A program made the translations under genes and the position numbers. Positions 24,401-36,949 of a stretch of 64,000 nt of DNA are shown one piece after another. The number at the start of each line of letters is the position of its first letter. Positions within the stretch are counted from its first letter, which is position 1. Source of the stretch: Neoechinorhynchus agilis (Eukaryota; Animalia; Acanthocephala); the NCBI GenBank assembly GCA_051530055.1, contig CM121343.1:4806389-4870388 (forward strand), written 5' to 3'. Under the pieces are notes generated by a model, which did no database searches, had not been told where the DNA came from, and saw nothing but the letters and a program-made list of their open reading frames with translations.

Positions 24401-24900
24401 AGTTGAATAATAAATGATGCGGCAATTTTCATCATTCTTGAATGTAAGGGAGAGGAAGATTCAAAGCGTAGAGAACAATTCATCGCTTTATGTCAAAAAG
24501 GGCTATGGAGGTAGTTAAACAATTACAGTGTGTTGATTTCGCTTCCATACGACTGACAAATTAGTCATTATTGAAAGAAAATATGACTTTGCATCCAGAG
24601 TAATGACTTAAACTCATTTTTATATGCGACATGACAATCACAATGATTCAAAGGTGAAAGTTTAAGCAAAGAAATGCTTAGTCAGAGCAAAAGAAAAAGA
24701 TTATGATAAGAACAATATGTCAATTTTATTACGTTCATATGGAAATTAAAATATGCTTTAATTAATTTTAGCCCAAAAAATATGTAAGCTAGTTCAAATT
24801 TTAATCTTCAAAGATCTTAAGAGTAAATTAGGCAAATTAAAGAATCAATAATATTTATATATGGCAAATCTCATTCCTAAATCAGACGTTGATAGTTTTT

Positions 24901-24990
24901 CGTTTAGGTCGCTTGTCGACACCCTAGGGAGATCGTTAAAGACGAATGTATATTTCGACCGATTGAATCGGTCATTGTCAATTCAATTTC
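24901..24990 (-). mobile_element. Dispersed short repeat with minimal hammerhead-like motif, copy 2
   Basis: Homologous to 4500-4590. Minus strand reads UUGACAA-U-GACCGAU-uca-AUCGGUC-GAAA-UAUAC with a perfect 7-bp stem II. Confidence 0.55.
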
Positions 24991-26221
24991 CCACCACTCG
25001 AATGCACTCCTCAACCTGAATGTACTGAGCTATCGCTCCGATTTCGCCGTATCAATTAAAAAACCAATAAACAAGTAAAAAGTTTTGGGCTAGCTTTCTC
25101 ATCTTTAGCTCATTTTTCAGAATGCAGTACACATAAACAACCCAATTTGATTAATCCGAAAATTGTTTCCTGTGGGATTCAAGTGACGGCCACGATATTT
25201 ACAAAGAATAAATAGCACTGATAATACTACTAAATATAATCCACAACCGATTTCAATATAAAAAATATGATATAATATTGGGTTTTTTTTCGATCGCTAC
25301 ATTAAATCAGATAAGATGTGAGACGGCTATGTAAACCACATAAAGAAAATCCTTAGAGATGATCAAGCTATAATTATGGTGAACATTCTCCCGGTTGCAA
25401 GGCTTGCTTGTGAGATATTTCGTAACAATAAAATACGTTTTAACCGGGATTAGGTTTTAAAATTGAAATATATGACGATCATATACCAATAACAATCCAT
25501 TAGGGAAACCTTTTTACCCAGATGACCCACATTATTTCATTCCTGGACGAAACGAATGTTCTCTAGACTTAGGTACTGGATAGCTAGTCATTAAATTTGA
25601 AGATTATGAAATGCAGCGAAATTAAAGACTTTAAAAATTTTAGGCACAAAAAAACAAACAAATGGCATTTTAGTGGTCTTGCAGAAACGAAGAATTTGTC
25701 GACAAATGAGCATAAAAGCAGCTATATGCTTCAAAATATTTTGGTACCTATTAAGAATACATTAGAGATGATAGTTATTATAGGATACTAAATGAACTGA
25801 TGGAGTTTGAGTTTTTACACTGGTCTATGAAGAGGAGACGGATTAATCTGACATAAGTATACCATCAGCCATAGCTGCCGACGGTATCAAACGAGACGTG
25901 ATGATTTCAACAAGTATGCCGACGAGTATGTAGAGGGAGGAGGGGTTTGGAATGTAGTCTTAATGGATCTGGCTACCAAACGCGTGGCGGAATGTCGATG
26001 AAATGTTACTTGGAGATCTCCATTGCGCTTACTTCGTTCTACAATGAAGAGGATTACGTTGTTTTTCGCTCCCAAAATGGAATTCGGCTACAGATCGCCG
26101 CAAATGATTTTTTGGATATAGTGCATAAGCGATAATCGACTGAGATCTAATGCGGTCGCAAAGTAGCCGCCGTACGACGATAAATGTGATGTTCATAAAC
26201 AAAATCACTGACGAATATCAA

Positions 26222-26641
26222 TCACACAATGTTACAAAACCCATGGCATGATAACTTGGTCTTCTCGTCCAGATTGCTCATATGATTAAACTCTAGCTCA
26301 TACTCGCTCAGTCTGGGATGAATATGACCTGTATATACGTCTGTTCCCTGTTGAATCAACATGGAACTCGACTTTTCTTCATTCATAAGCGAGTCTTTAA
26401 TCACTCTATTTTGGGAATTGTCGACAGCATTGCCAGTCACTAAGAAACTTAAAGATTCCCGTTCATTGGTCACTTTGAACGTGTCGACAAATTCGTTGGC
26501 CTCCTTTTCTAATATGCTCCCTGGCTTAAACGGATTTTCCAACATGGAGCTAAAAAGTTGTTTATCGAGGTAATTTATCCGGAAAACCCTACCCCTCCCA
26601 ACATTTTTTAAATTGTGAGCGATCGCCAAAAAGTTCTTCAT
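26222..26641 (-). CDS. Hypothetical protein; weak resemblance to the mitochondrial ribosomal protein S34 N-terminal motif
   Basis: FLAIAHNLKNVGRGRVFR recalls the MRPS34 LxxILxNLxNFGxGRxxxR segment. The rest is not recognisable. Confidence 0.25.
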   Translation of the reverse strand: MKNFLAIAHNLKNVGRGRVFRINYLDKQLFSSMLENPFKPGSILEKEANEFVDTFKVTNERESLSFLVTGNAVDNSQNRVIKDSLMNEEKSSSMLIQQGTDVYTGHIHPRLSEYELEFNHMSNLDEKTKLSCHGFCNIV

Positions 26642-28183
26642 TTTAGGCCTTTTAAGCCATGAATGACAGGAGCGTTTTCTATAATAAAATTCAAATTGAG
26701 CGCGTTATCGTGGATTTAATAATCCACTCGCGTGCGTAATGTTGATTGAGATTAGCTAATTGTAGCTTAGAAGTCTTAATGCTTTTGATAATCAGGTTTT
26801 TGTGGCAATGTATTTGTATCTAGTAAAATTGAGAGTCGCAATTGAAACAATCATTGCCGTCGGACCAAGCACCGCGGAATTTTTAATCAAGGTTCGAAAA
26901 TGGTTGGTTGCAACAACAACAACAACAACAACAAAGGGTGCAGCCAACTATTTTTATCAGAAAGGGAGCAATTCAGAAAGGGAATACTGGATCCTCGATG
27001 TAATGGAGCACAAATATGCTCCTCTGTTCCCGCCGGAACTTTTATAGATTGGAAAAATGACTTGTTCAGCTTATTGTATGAAATATTCGACGGTACAATT
27101 TTAAAACGATGTTATTATTATACGCCCGCGAATTCCAATAGTTTTAGGAGCTTAAGAATTTCCTTTTTGCAGAACGAAATAAAAGGGACGCAGAAGGGCT
27201 AGATATACGACTTATAGAAGCAATTCGATTGTATATTTCTACTCTAAACAAGCAACTGCTTTAAAAAAGTAATTCAATTGTGAGAGCGGATAAAAACTGC
27301 ACCCGCACAATATCAACGAGAATTTAAAAATCTTTCAAATCCTTTCAATGGTGCAGGGATCTACGAAAATCTCAACTTGTAAATCGATGACAATATATCG
27401 CACATTTCCAAATGATTTTGTGCTCTAATTTATTATTATCCCGGAAACTAAGGTTAGAAATGCGACAGTTGAGTATTTTCACTCAGAGTGCGACTAATTA
27501 CGTACCTGATTGGTTTTGCACCAACAATTTGGTGATTAACACACCGATTTCTATGTTTGCAATGTTTTGTTCGCGCATTAAGAATACTTTGATCGATTTT
27601 ATCGTGGACACGACTACGAGTGGTATGAAAACTCTGGTTCGGGCTGTCGCTTCCGAATATAGTATCGAATCTAACTTTCTTATCGAGACAAGATTTGTTT
27701 ATATACGCTGACCGCATTTTGTATTGACGTCTTTGATAATTCATCGATCCTTTTACATTATTTGTCCATATTGAAATGTTTGCAATTGGTACATCATGTT
27801 GACTGTCTTAAAATTCCGAAAATGTTTAAAAGTACGTGAATCTTTCCCTCGACGGATCAGCGTTCCCACTAATAACTACTAGGAAGATTCGGCACGAACG
27901 TCCAGCAAGTTGAACGGCTATTATTTTCCGCGAACTATTTCACATTTTTAACACGATGTAATTCACCAAACTTTTTTCTTAGAATTCGACTACATTTCTC
28001 CCAGTCGATTTCTTTCTGCTAGAACAGAAAAACTACGCAGGATACTCAAGAAGGAGCAGTATGTGAGTTTTAATAAACCGTCAAAAGGACTCGGGGCGAG
28101 GATTTAAGGACATCTATTTATTGATTCCTAAATATAGAAATATCTAATAAATTGATTGTACTAACATCATTTTCCATTTAAGT

Positions 28184-28390
28184 TCACGGGCATTAGTCCA
28201 CTTGACGACCTCGACACAACTACGGAATGTACAAACTCAGCCAGTTTTTATATTTATTAATTCAGAGCCATTGAATTTATGAATTTTTTTTGAAGATTGG
28301 CCAGCGCCTTGAATTAATAAATATAAAAACTGGCTGAATTTGTGCATTTAGTAGTTGTGTCGAGGTGGTCAAGTGGACTAATGCCCGTGA
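28184..28390. repeat. Foldback / MITE-like inverted repeat (207 bp) abutting a SINE-like copy
   Basis: tcacgggcattagtccacttgacgacctcgacacaactac ... gtagttgtgtcgaggtggtcaagtggactaatgcccgtga, plus inner arms ccagtttttatatttattaattc / gaattaataaatataaaaactgg. Confidence 0.9.
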
Positions 28391-28399
28391 TCCCGATTA

Positions 28400-28682
28400 A
28401 GGGTCAAGTGGTCCGAATCCGTTACCACCAATGGCGCACAACCAAAAAGGAGACGAAATACCGCTGAAGGGAGGACACTCACTGATGAGTCCCGCCTCTC
28501 GGAGGTATCTAAGGATCCGGAAGGATGTATAAACTCATAACCGTATTGTTCAGGGTATTAAATGATTTTATGCGCTTCCCTGAACCAGATCGATGGGCTG
28601 TGTGCCCAAGGAAAATTATCAGCCGTGTGATAAAAAGGCCACACATTGACATACGTTACCGGCTGGCCAATCTTCAAAAAAA
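28400..28682 (+). mobile_element. tRNA-derived SINE-like element carrying hammerhead core motifs (most complete dispersed copy)
   Basis: B-box-like ggtccgaatcc near the 5' end, body homologous to the 245-bp array unit and the 15.8 kb copy, gacGAAAtacc (28452-28462), CTGATGAgtccc (28482-28493), ggtATC (28504-28509), A-rich end. Confidence 0.7.
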
Positions 28683-29659
28683 GTTTATTTGTTTGTAAGT
28701 TCTTACGACGTGATCTCGTTCGTCGCTTTGATCTTGGTATTAACGTTGTTTAAGTGTTTAATACGCAATAAATCAAAGTCAGTCCGCTAGAACCCATTCA
28801 ATATTTTTCGTTTCAATTCCCTCTCTTCAATTCTCTCCTTGCCTCCTTATCTTGTTAATCTTAGGTCTGTCCTCTTAAATCTCTTTACAATAACAAAATA
28901 TCAACGCGCGTGCTTAAATTGGTCGCTTGGAGCGTGTGATATTTACATTCTTAAGTGAAACCATATAGCCCAATAAATCAATTCTCAATAAAGAATATAC
29001 CACCCCCACGGAGGCATAATAACGTGTGAAATTACGCCAATTCCACGTAAAATAAGAATATAAACCTTCGGATACCGAAAAAAACCCAAATATATGTTGA
29101 TAAAGAACCAAACACTCTAGGATTCAAGTTTTCTAACCAAAGTCAGATCTATCAATAACATAACTGCAGAAGCAGCCTTTTGGGCAATCCTTCAATGTGC
29201 TTGAGGTAAGCTGTTTGTCTTGCCTTAATTATTATTTATATGTTTTCCTCCTGTTCAAAAATTGGAAGCTCAGCAAATAATGGGCATAACTAGCAAGTCG
29301 AATTTTGATTTTTCAGTCGACACCCATTCAAACATCTAGTGATTGAGTGGAAGTTGTAAGCTTCTGAGTCTTTGGATCAGATACATTGAGAGCAGAATCA
29401 TCTCAAATCCCTTGGTTGCAGCAATACTTACGATGGTTTAATCGTAAGATCGTACATGGGGGGGAGTGTTTCATTTTATAAAGTATTTAAAAAGCACATC
29501 AGTTCTCGAGCTGTTTCGATCCACAGTAAAATGCCTACATTTTGAAAGGCTTTTGATTTTATTAAAAGTATTTTTGAATTTGTGTTTATGAAGCAACGAT
29601 GATGTTTCGTCGGAATGTCTAAGCCTAAGATTCTTAAATATTATACTATGTTACTATTA

Positions 29660-31160
29660 TTTAATTCGTCAGATTTGTCGATCTGGTACCTCGACGACTG
29701 TTGCATTGGCGGGGAGATCGACCAGCTCATTCGCGACATCAAAAACATCTCCGAAATGGGTGCCGATATCGGACTATTCCTGAGAACGGACAAATGCGAA
29801 ATCATTTCGGACGACCAAGAGGATGCATCGAGATTGCTCACCGTACTGCCCGGAGCAAAGACAACTGCAACCGACTCAGCTGACATTCTCGGGTCTCCAA
29901 TCGGTAACCTGTCTAACCTGGAAACGCTCCTTTCAAAAGCCATCGATCAATTGCGGCTCACTGCCTCCAGGCTCTTGCGCATCGCGCGACACGACGCTCT
30001 GTTCATATTATCACGATATCTGTCGCTTCCGAAGATTGCGCACCTTCTGAGGACTTCTCCATGCTTCAAGTCAGTGCTCATCAGGGATTTCGACAACTAC
30101 GTTCGATCAACCCTGTCAGAAGTACTTAACCTACGTCTGTCCGACACAGCATGGAAACAGGCGATCCTTCCCATTCGATTCGGCGGTCTTGGCATCCAGA
30201 GTGCCACCGAAGTAGCAAATCCTGCCTTTTCGTCGTCGATCTCGGTCTCTTCAGACTTGGTGCTGAGAATCATCCCACCACACATTCGACACGAGTCACA
30301 TCCACCGCCTGAACTGATCGAAGCGCACGCTCAATGGATGTCAGTGTTCGGGCAAGTCGTTCCGACGGAAACAAACTCCCAAAAACGTTGGACTACCTTG
30401 CTCCACACTGCGTATTATCAGCAGCTTCTTAACTCATGATCATCTCCCAACGATAGAGCTCGTCTCTCGGCAGTCTCAGCTCCACATTCCAGCGACTTCT
30501 TGAAGGCTTTCCCAATCATATCTGTTGGCACGAGGCTGGATGATCAGGCCATCACCGTCGCTGTGGGACTTCGGTTGGGCATCGAATTCTCAGGCTCATA
30601 TACGTGTCGGTGCGGTGAGACAGTGAACGGATCGGGAACTCACGGCCTTGACTGCAAGCGTTCAACTGCTCGCCACGCACGGCACTCAGCAGTCAACCGC
30701 ATAATCAGGGAAGCACTCTCAACGGCCGGTTTTCCAGCTCGACTCGAACCAGTTGGACTCTCCCGGAACGACGGTAAACGCCCTGGTGGAGCGACTCTCC
30801 TCCCATGGTGCTCCGGGAAAATACTGGTTTGGGATTTTACCTGCCCCAACACGCTCGCAGCATCCCACTTACGGGATGCCACCTCAAAGGCGGGAGCAGT
30901 CGCCAGCTTCAGCGAAGAAAAGAAGCGGCAGAAGTACTCCTCGCTCGATGGGCATCAATATATTTTCATTCCGATTGCGGTGGAAACACTGGGATGTCTC
31001 GGAAAAGAAGCCGATTATTTCCTCTCACGACTGGGAGGGATGCTAAAACATGCCACCGGCGATATGCGATCCAGCAGCTTCCTGTTGCAGCGAATCAGCG
31101 CGGCGATCCAACGCGGCAATGCCGCGGCCATCAAGGAAGCTGCCGAACAAACATAACATT
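29660..31160 (+). mobile_element. CRE-like (RLE-endonuclease) non-LTR retrotransposon, 5'-truncated, with stop/frameshift
   Basis: IWYLDD (RT), QAILPIRFGGLGI, CRCG..GTHGLDC..RH zinc motif, LSRNDGKRPGG...LVWDFT (PD-D/ExK nuclease with the PD mutated), ETLGCLG and LQRISAAIQRGNAAAI. Confidence 0.9.
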
Positions 31161-31739
31161 TGAAGAAAACGAAACTATATTCATTCATAGAATTTATAGT
31201 GTGCGTGCTTTTAATTGAGGACTAAAATCAACTGGCTAGAGATGTTCTCTGCCTACCTCGCTTCTTTTAAAAGAGATTATAAGGCCTCTAGATATTTTCT
31301 AGTATAAGATAGCAATCCTGTCCACATAAAATAGCGGGGACATATTGTAATAGCGTATACGTGGCTCAGCCGCTTACATTTATCAAGTATAAATGAAGTT
31401 TGCCGTAAACGGCTGAATTTGGGCTACCAGGGAAGTGCCGGTCCGCGCTACATACCCATAACCGTACGGGTATGAGTTTGTACGATGAAAAAGTTGCAGG
31501 GTTTGTACATTTTGCACTTGTGCCAAAATGGTCTAGTGGACTGGTGAATAGAGCCAGTTATGCTCACAATGGAGTTTCGATATTTTTTTCATATGCGGCG
31601 AGACTCAATAAAATGACGCAAAAAAGTAAGCTTACTTTATATTAAATGTTATTATCGAGGGATACAAGGGTCATAAATCAAATTATTAGTTGACGACTGA
31701 TATTTTGATAAGATCCGATCTTCGGTAATCCACTTAGCC

Positions 31740-32290
31740 ACATCCCCCACAGTCCATTTGTGTGTTGAAACCATTAATGCAAATAGGTTTTAAAATAGTA
31801 AAAAAATGCAAACCAAAGGACGGTGATTTTAGATCAAAGAAAAATAAAAACATCTTATGCATAAAACGCGTTTATTCAGCCCAACGCTTGTTAAAAGAAT
31901 TGAGGTGAAATTACCGGTTGAATTTTTCCACACATCCCATAGATCATTGGATGTAAAACCACGATTTGTCGCGGGTGTCATATGCTAAGAAAATGAGTCG
32001 CTTGAGATTTTCAATTTAATTGCCGCAAACTGCAATTCCTTTGAACTACAAATAAATGATTGAGCTCTCTGAAGTGCTTGATTTTCATTGCTGTCTATGA
32101 AGTAAACTGTTTGATTACCGGGAAGATGAACAGGAAGTCTAATAATCCAATGAGATTGATCATGCATTTTATATTCAAAAATATTCCATGCTCCTTCGGG
32201 GTGGCTTAAATAGTGAGAATTCACATAATTTGGTATTTCATTGTGCTCGTCAAAACGCCATCCGAAGGTATTGAAATGTTGGCGCAATCA
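31740..32290 (-). mobile_element. Helitron Rep-helicase fragment
   Basis: NEIPNYVNSHYLSHPEGAWNIFEYKMHDQSHWIIRLPVHLPGNQTVYF matches the Helitron Rep C-terminal DEI..Y...RY+S..EA.WRIF...H...V.RL.VHLP..Q.V.F motif. Confidence 0.8.
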
Positions 32291-32304
32291 AATCTCTTGA
32301 AATC

Positions 32305-32375
32305 CTCGACCTCGAAAAAGCGTTCGACCGTGTACCGCATGAACTCATCTGGCACGCGCTACGTAGTGCGTGAAA
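32305..32375 (+). mobile_element. Small RTE-type RT fragment
   Basis: gacctcgaaaaagcgttcgaccgtgtaccgcatgaactcatctggcacgcgcta translates to DLEKAFDRVPHELIWHAL. Confidence 0.6.
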
Positions 32376-32439
32376 CTACTATATACAGATCCTAGGAGCA
32401 GTGTACGAAGTGTGGCGGGGATATCAAATGCTTTCAAGA

Positions 32440-34095
32440 TCTCGGTCTACATCAGACAACGCACAATCTTTCACGCCCACATATGAAACATTTCTCAACT
32501 CGCCGATACTTCCCTTAGTTTCGTCATACGAAATACTACAACATCTCAAGAAATTACCTCGAAATTCGTCTTCTCAATCCGAAATCCCAAGCTGGGCTCT
32601 TCGCTACATCATCCCCGAACTCATCAACCCTCTTACCCACTTTATAAACCACATGTTTTTGTATGGCATCTACCCCTTATACCTGAAAACTGCTAAAGTG
32701 ATCCTTCTTCCGAAAGATAGGCATCCGATTTCCACCAGATCATTCGTTGCAATACCCATTCTATCTGCTCTTTCAAAAAATCATCGAAAAATGTTTTAAA
32801 TCTCCCCAACGTCCACTTCTCAACGACAAGTTATCGCCCCTACAATTGGGTTTCCGGCTCCCTGCGTAACCTCGACAATAATCCCTCCCACGTCGCCCGT
32901 CTCATTCAACTGGATTTGTCGAAAGCATTCGATTCCGTGGACCATTCACTCCTTCTCCGGGCCCGCTCCGTCTTTGGTCTCACCTTGTGGCAGATCCGCC
33001 GGCTGGTCTCTTATCTTCACAATCGCAAACAATACATTCATTGCCGATTTACCTCCTCGATCAGCCTATCCCTCACCAAACGCGTACCTCGAGGTGCCGC
33101 GCTCTCACCACTTCTTAATATTTTCCTGAACGACCTAAAACCTCTCTCGTATCAATCTAAACTTTCCGTATATGCCGACGATCTCACCCTCATCACCCAA
33201 TCACCACCTCACCTCATTCGCACACATAAAAGATTTCTGCAACAATCACAAACTGTGCCTGAACTTCTCTAAGTTATTCGAAATGATCCCTTCATTCTCC
33301 CGCAACCCCACATCCTACCCCGAGCTTCCAAATGATATAATACGAGTCACCTCACTCAGAATTCTTGGTCTCCAATTTCAATCAAACATAAAATGGGACT
33401 CGAACACTACATCCTCTTCAAGCGCAATACCTTTAAAATTTACCTCCTAAAGCGCTTCCGACATTTAAGAATACCCTCACCCAACTTCTGCAAATTTTAC
33501 TTCAGCTCTATTTTACCCTCCCTTAACTACTGCTATCCCGTCTTTTGCAACCTATCCAAATCTCAAATCATCTAAAATTTGCACAGTTTATTTCCCCAAA
33601 AAGTCAAAACGGCTCTCAACCCTTCCACCATTATTTTTACAACATGTCGTTCCCTTTTCACATGAGCACAACACTGTTAATCCCAATTCGTTATATCCTC
33701 CTATAACTTCGCACATCCCTTTACCTACGCTCCTTTTTCCATACCGCCCAATCTTCTCGGATATCATTACCCGAAATAAACCTGAGGAAAGACCCAACCT
33801 CACAAGCTCTCCTTAGAACAATATTCGCCAATTCCCACCAGAACAGACATCTCAGACCGGATACTCCCACCTGAACGGACTTCCAATTACCGGATATTTC
33901 CACCCGAATGGACATCCCCCTACTGGATAGTCCCAATCGAACAGACTTCCAACTACCGGATATTCCCACACGAACGGACTTTCCCGGACCGGATAATCCG
34001 ACGCGACTGAACCCGTAAAATACTCAATCAACTACCACATTCTTTTAACAACTCTGAACTCGAGTTTTCATGAGGACCAAAATTTAAATGGGTCC
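32440..34095 (+). mobile_element. CR1/L2-like LINE: RT (frameshifted), 3' UTR and terminal stem-loop
   Basis: LKTAKVILLPK..IPILSALSK, DLSKAFDSVDH, VPRGAALSPLL, YADDLT, LRILGLQFQSNIKWD. Ends GGACCaaaatttaaatgGGTCC. Confidence 0.88.
33850..34015. repeat. ~33 bp minisatellite, ~5 degenerate copies, within the LINE 3' UTR
   Basis: ccggatattcccacccgaacggacttccaacta recurs in tandem. Confidence 0.7.
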
Positions 34096-34394
34096 AATTG
34101 TTGTAAACAGGAAAATTATTGCTTGATTGTTTTTGCGGCGTTTATAATGTGAATTTCCGTTTAAATTAACTTTAGTTGAAGCGCAATATTATTTGAAATG
34201 TTTTTTTGCATCTATACATGGACTGTGAATATTATATTTTAAAACATTTGCACGAAGATATTGGTAGTTATTGCAGGGAATTTCGGCACATACTAGATTA
34301 ATTTTCTCTGGCGTCGTAAATTTATCGTAATTAGCTAATGTAATGAGAAAACAGTTCATGTTTAATTTGGCACTTTTTCGGACATGAAATCATT

Positions 34395-36430
34395 CACACC
34401 ACCGCTCTGGATCACTCAGCTGCCGTCCTGGTGAAACGGCCGAAAGGACAAATGCAGCGTTCCCTCGTTGCATTTCCCGACTTTATTTGTAGGAAGAATG
34501 CTCCTGATCTAGGATCGCCACAATTGCTTGACCAGGTCCTGCGCCGCGATACCAAACGACCCCAAAGGGAACAAAATAATGATTTTGACGTCCTTTTGCG
34601 TTCCTCGGCGCCGGTTGAAGCTCCCCCTGGTTCAATAGTGGCGAATTTTGTATTGCTGGCTGCGAACGTATCCAAGGACGTGGCGTCCCAGAGAAGGCAT
34701 TTTCCTTCTCGCCACGGGAATACTGTGACACCGTCCGGTCTACGGTAATCGAGTTGGCAAAGATTGCTCGGCTCTGGGAGGTTGGATGCATTCACAGTAT
34801 TCAGGGCACGACTAAGGATTGGGTTCACTTCGGCGTGACAGACGAGACCATGGCGTCCCGAAGGTTCAAAGGTCGCTCCTCAACGGCAGCGATGGGATGT
34901 GCGCATCGGTACCCCAAGTCTCAGGGACACTACATTACTTACTGTCTCGTCGGAGGGAAGGGTACCCACAGAAGTGATTGGCATAGCTTTGTGCCAAGCA
35001 TCCGATACTCCTGTAGAGGATGCCGCCAATCGAGTTCGGTTCACCAGGTCACGAGAATCTGAAATTAAAGAGTTATGAATTCTCGCTACCAGGAATGAGT
35101 CCCATACTGATTGTTTGCAACAACTGACTGGTACCTGCTCGTTGGCTGAATCTCCTCCAAACTGTAATTCTCGCCAAGAAGGGATTGAAGTATTTTGCGG
35201 CATACTTCATACGATCTCAAATAGGGTTACAGAGAAATATCGGCTGCTTTTCGGAAACCCAAACCGCCGGACGACACAGGCAAGGCGCTTGACGCCAGGC
35301 CTCGTCCGTCAGCTGAGTATTTACAATTTTCTCGAGAGAGGCTTTCACCGTCTCGTCTAATTTTGCCAGCTTATTTTGATGTCTAAAAAAGGTGCTGTGC
35401 GCAGCTTATACAGCAATTTTGGAATGAAGAGGGTGTTCTTGATCAGAAACAGAGCCTCGTGTGAACAGCACCGAAAGTTGCGGTGGAAGATTGACAATCT
35501 CTGCTTCGACATTAGAACCAAAAATGCAACTTCCTAGAAGACTCAACCGGTCTAGAGTGATCAATTCTATACCGGAGAAGAGGTTCTGAAAATCTTTCAC
35601 GATAGTTTGCTTGAACGCCTCATCTTCCACGTTGATCACTCAAATCTCGCATTTCGCAGCATTCAATTCAATTCCAATTTTCGCCGTCTTCTTCACGGGT
35701 GTCTCCAAATCGTGCAGTGCTACAGAGGGGTTACCTCCGAGCGTGGCATCGTCCAGGTACCAGCCGTTAAAGCTGGACTGGAGAGAGTGCGCGACGGGAT
35801 TGACTGCGAGTGTGAAATCCCCTTTCTGACCACAAAACATGGTTATTGAACAACAAGTATGTTGGAGTCCCGTAGACATTAACGAAATAGCGAAATGCTT
35901 CTGGTGCGTGATCTCTAACTACTTCGAGCAAATCTGCTTGGTGAACTGTGTTGAATGCATTTTTGAAATCACATTTCAAGATCATGCACGGCTTTGAGTT
36001 TACGGTGATGAACGTGCGGAGTTAATGAACAATCGCCTTTGCGCAACAAGGTGTACGGCAGCCTAACTGAGTAGGACGAAGCAGCATCTCTACTTTTCCG
36101 CGATCCTTTTATTTAAAATTTTTGCTGTTAAGCGGCGCAGAGTTGTTCCAATTGCAGTGAGACGGATCCCACCTTCCTTTTTTGCGGAGGCACAGAAAGA
36201 TGCGCCGAAAAATAACTCAATTGCTTTCGGAATCAACACTCCCCCTGCAAATCGGTCGACTAGGCGTGCCAATGCATCTTCAAGGGACTTGGCAGCGTCA
36301 TTTACTGAAAAGGAAGTCATATCCTTTAGGTGTTGGGCCGCAGCCCGTCATGTCCCATCTTCACTTCTGATTTCGATGATAAAATAATAAGGGATCGTAT
36401 CGAAGGAGGAGGATTTAGCGAAAAACTGCC
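34395..36430 (-). mobile_element. CRE-like non-LTR retrotransposon, second copy, heavily decayed
   Basis: FFGASFCASAKKEGGIRLTAIGTTLRRL, ILKCDFKNAFNTV, GWYLDDATLGG...ELNAAKCEI, LDYRRPDGVTVFPWREGKCLLWDAT. Confidence 0.88.
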
Positions 36431-36519
36431 GTCATTCATATCCGGTTTCTTTTCTTTGATTAAAAAGGCTTTCTTAATTAAGCACCAAAAGTTATTATGT
36501 TCATTTGCTAAAATCATTG

Positions 36520-36835
36520 TTTGATCTTAATTGACCACTGGTGGACGATACCAGCTTCTGCGTCCAGTCTCGTCTTCAAATTCCTGCCTGTTTGTCCAAT
36601 GTAATTGCTGTTGCATTGGCTACAAGAAACTCTGTAGACAACAGCCCTCTTTTCAACCTCCTGGTATTTCCGGAAAATTAGGTTTCCTAACCCTACAGAA
36701 GGTGGAAAATAAAACTGGCATTTCATCGGCAGACCGCTGTTCTTAATTACCCTTGAAACTTTGTTGCGCCAACAGTTGGTCTGTAGTCTCATGTCCGGCA
36801 ATGCAGTAAGGAGATCTTTTGGGTACCTCAAATTG
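36520..36835 (-). mobile_element. PLE GIY-YIG endonuclease fragment
   Basis: RAVVYRVSCSQCNSNYIGQTGRNLKTRL. Confidence 0.85.
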
Positions 36836-36949
36836 CTGAAAATCCTATGCAGAAAGCTATGGGCACTGTTCCAAGGTGCATAATTATTTGTTTCAGTGGA
36901 ATTCGTGTTTCATTTTTTGGATCAATACATCTAGAAACGACAACCTTCC

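Noticed and set aside
26910-26935. Poly-Asn/Thr coding repeat
   Set aside because: An ordinary (AAC)n microsatellite in short ORFs with no other support.
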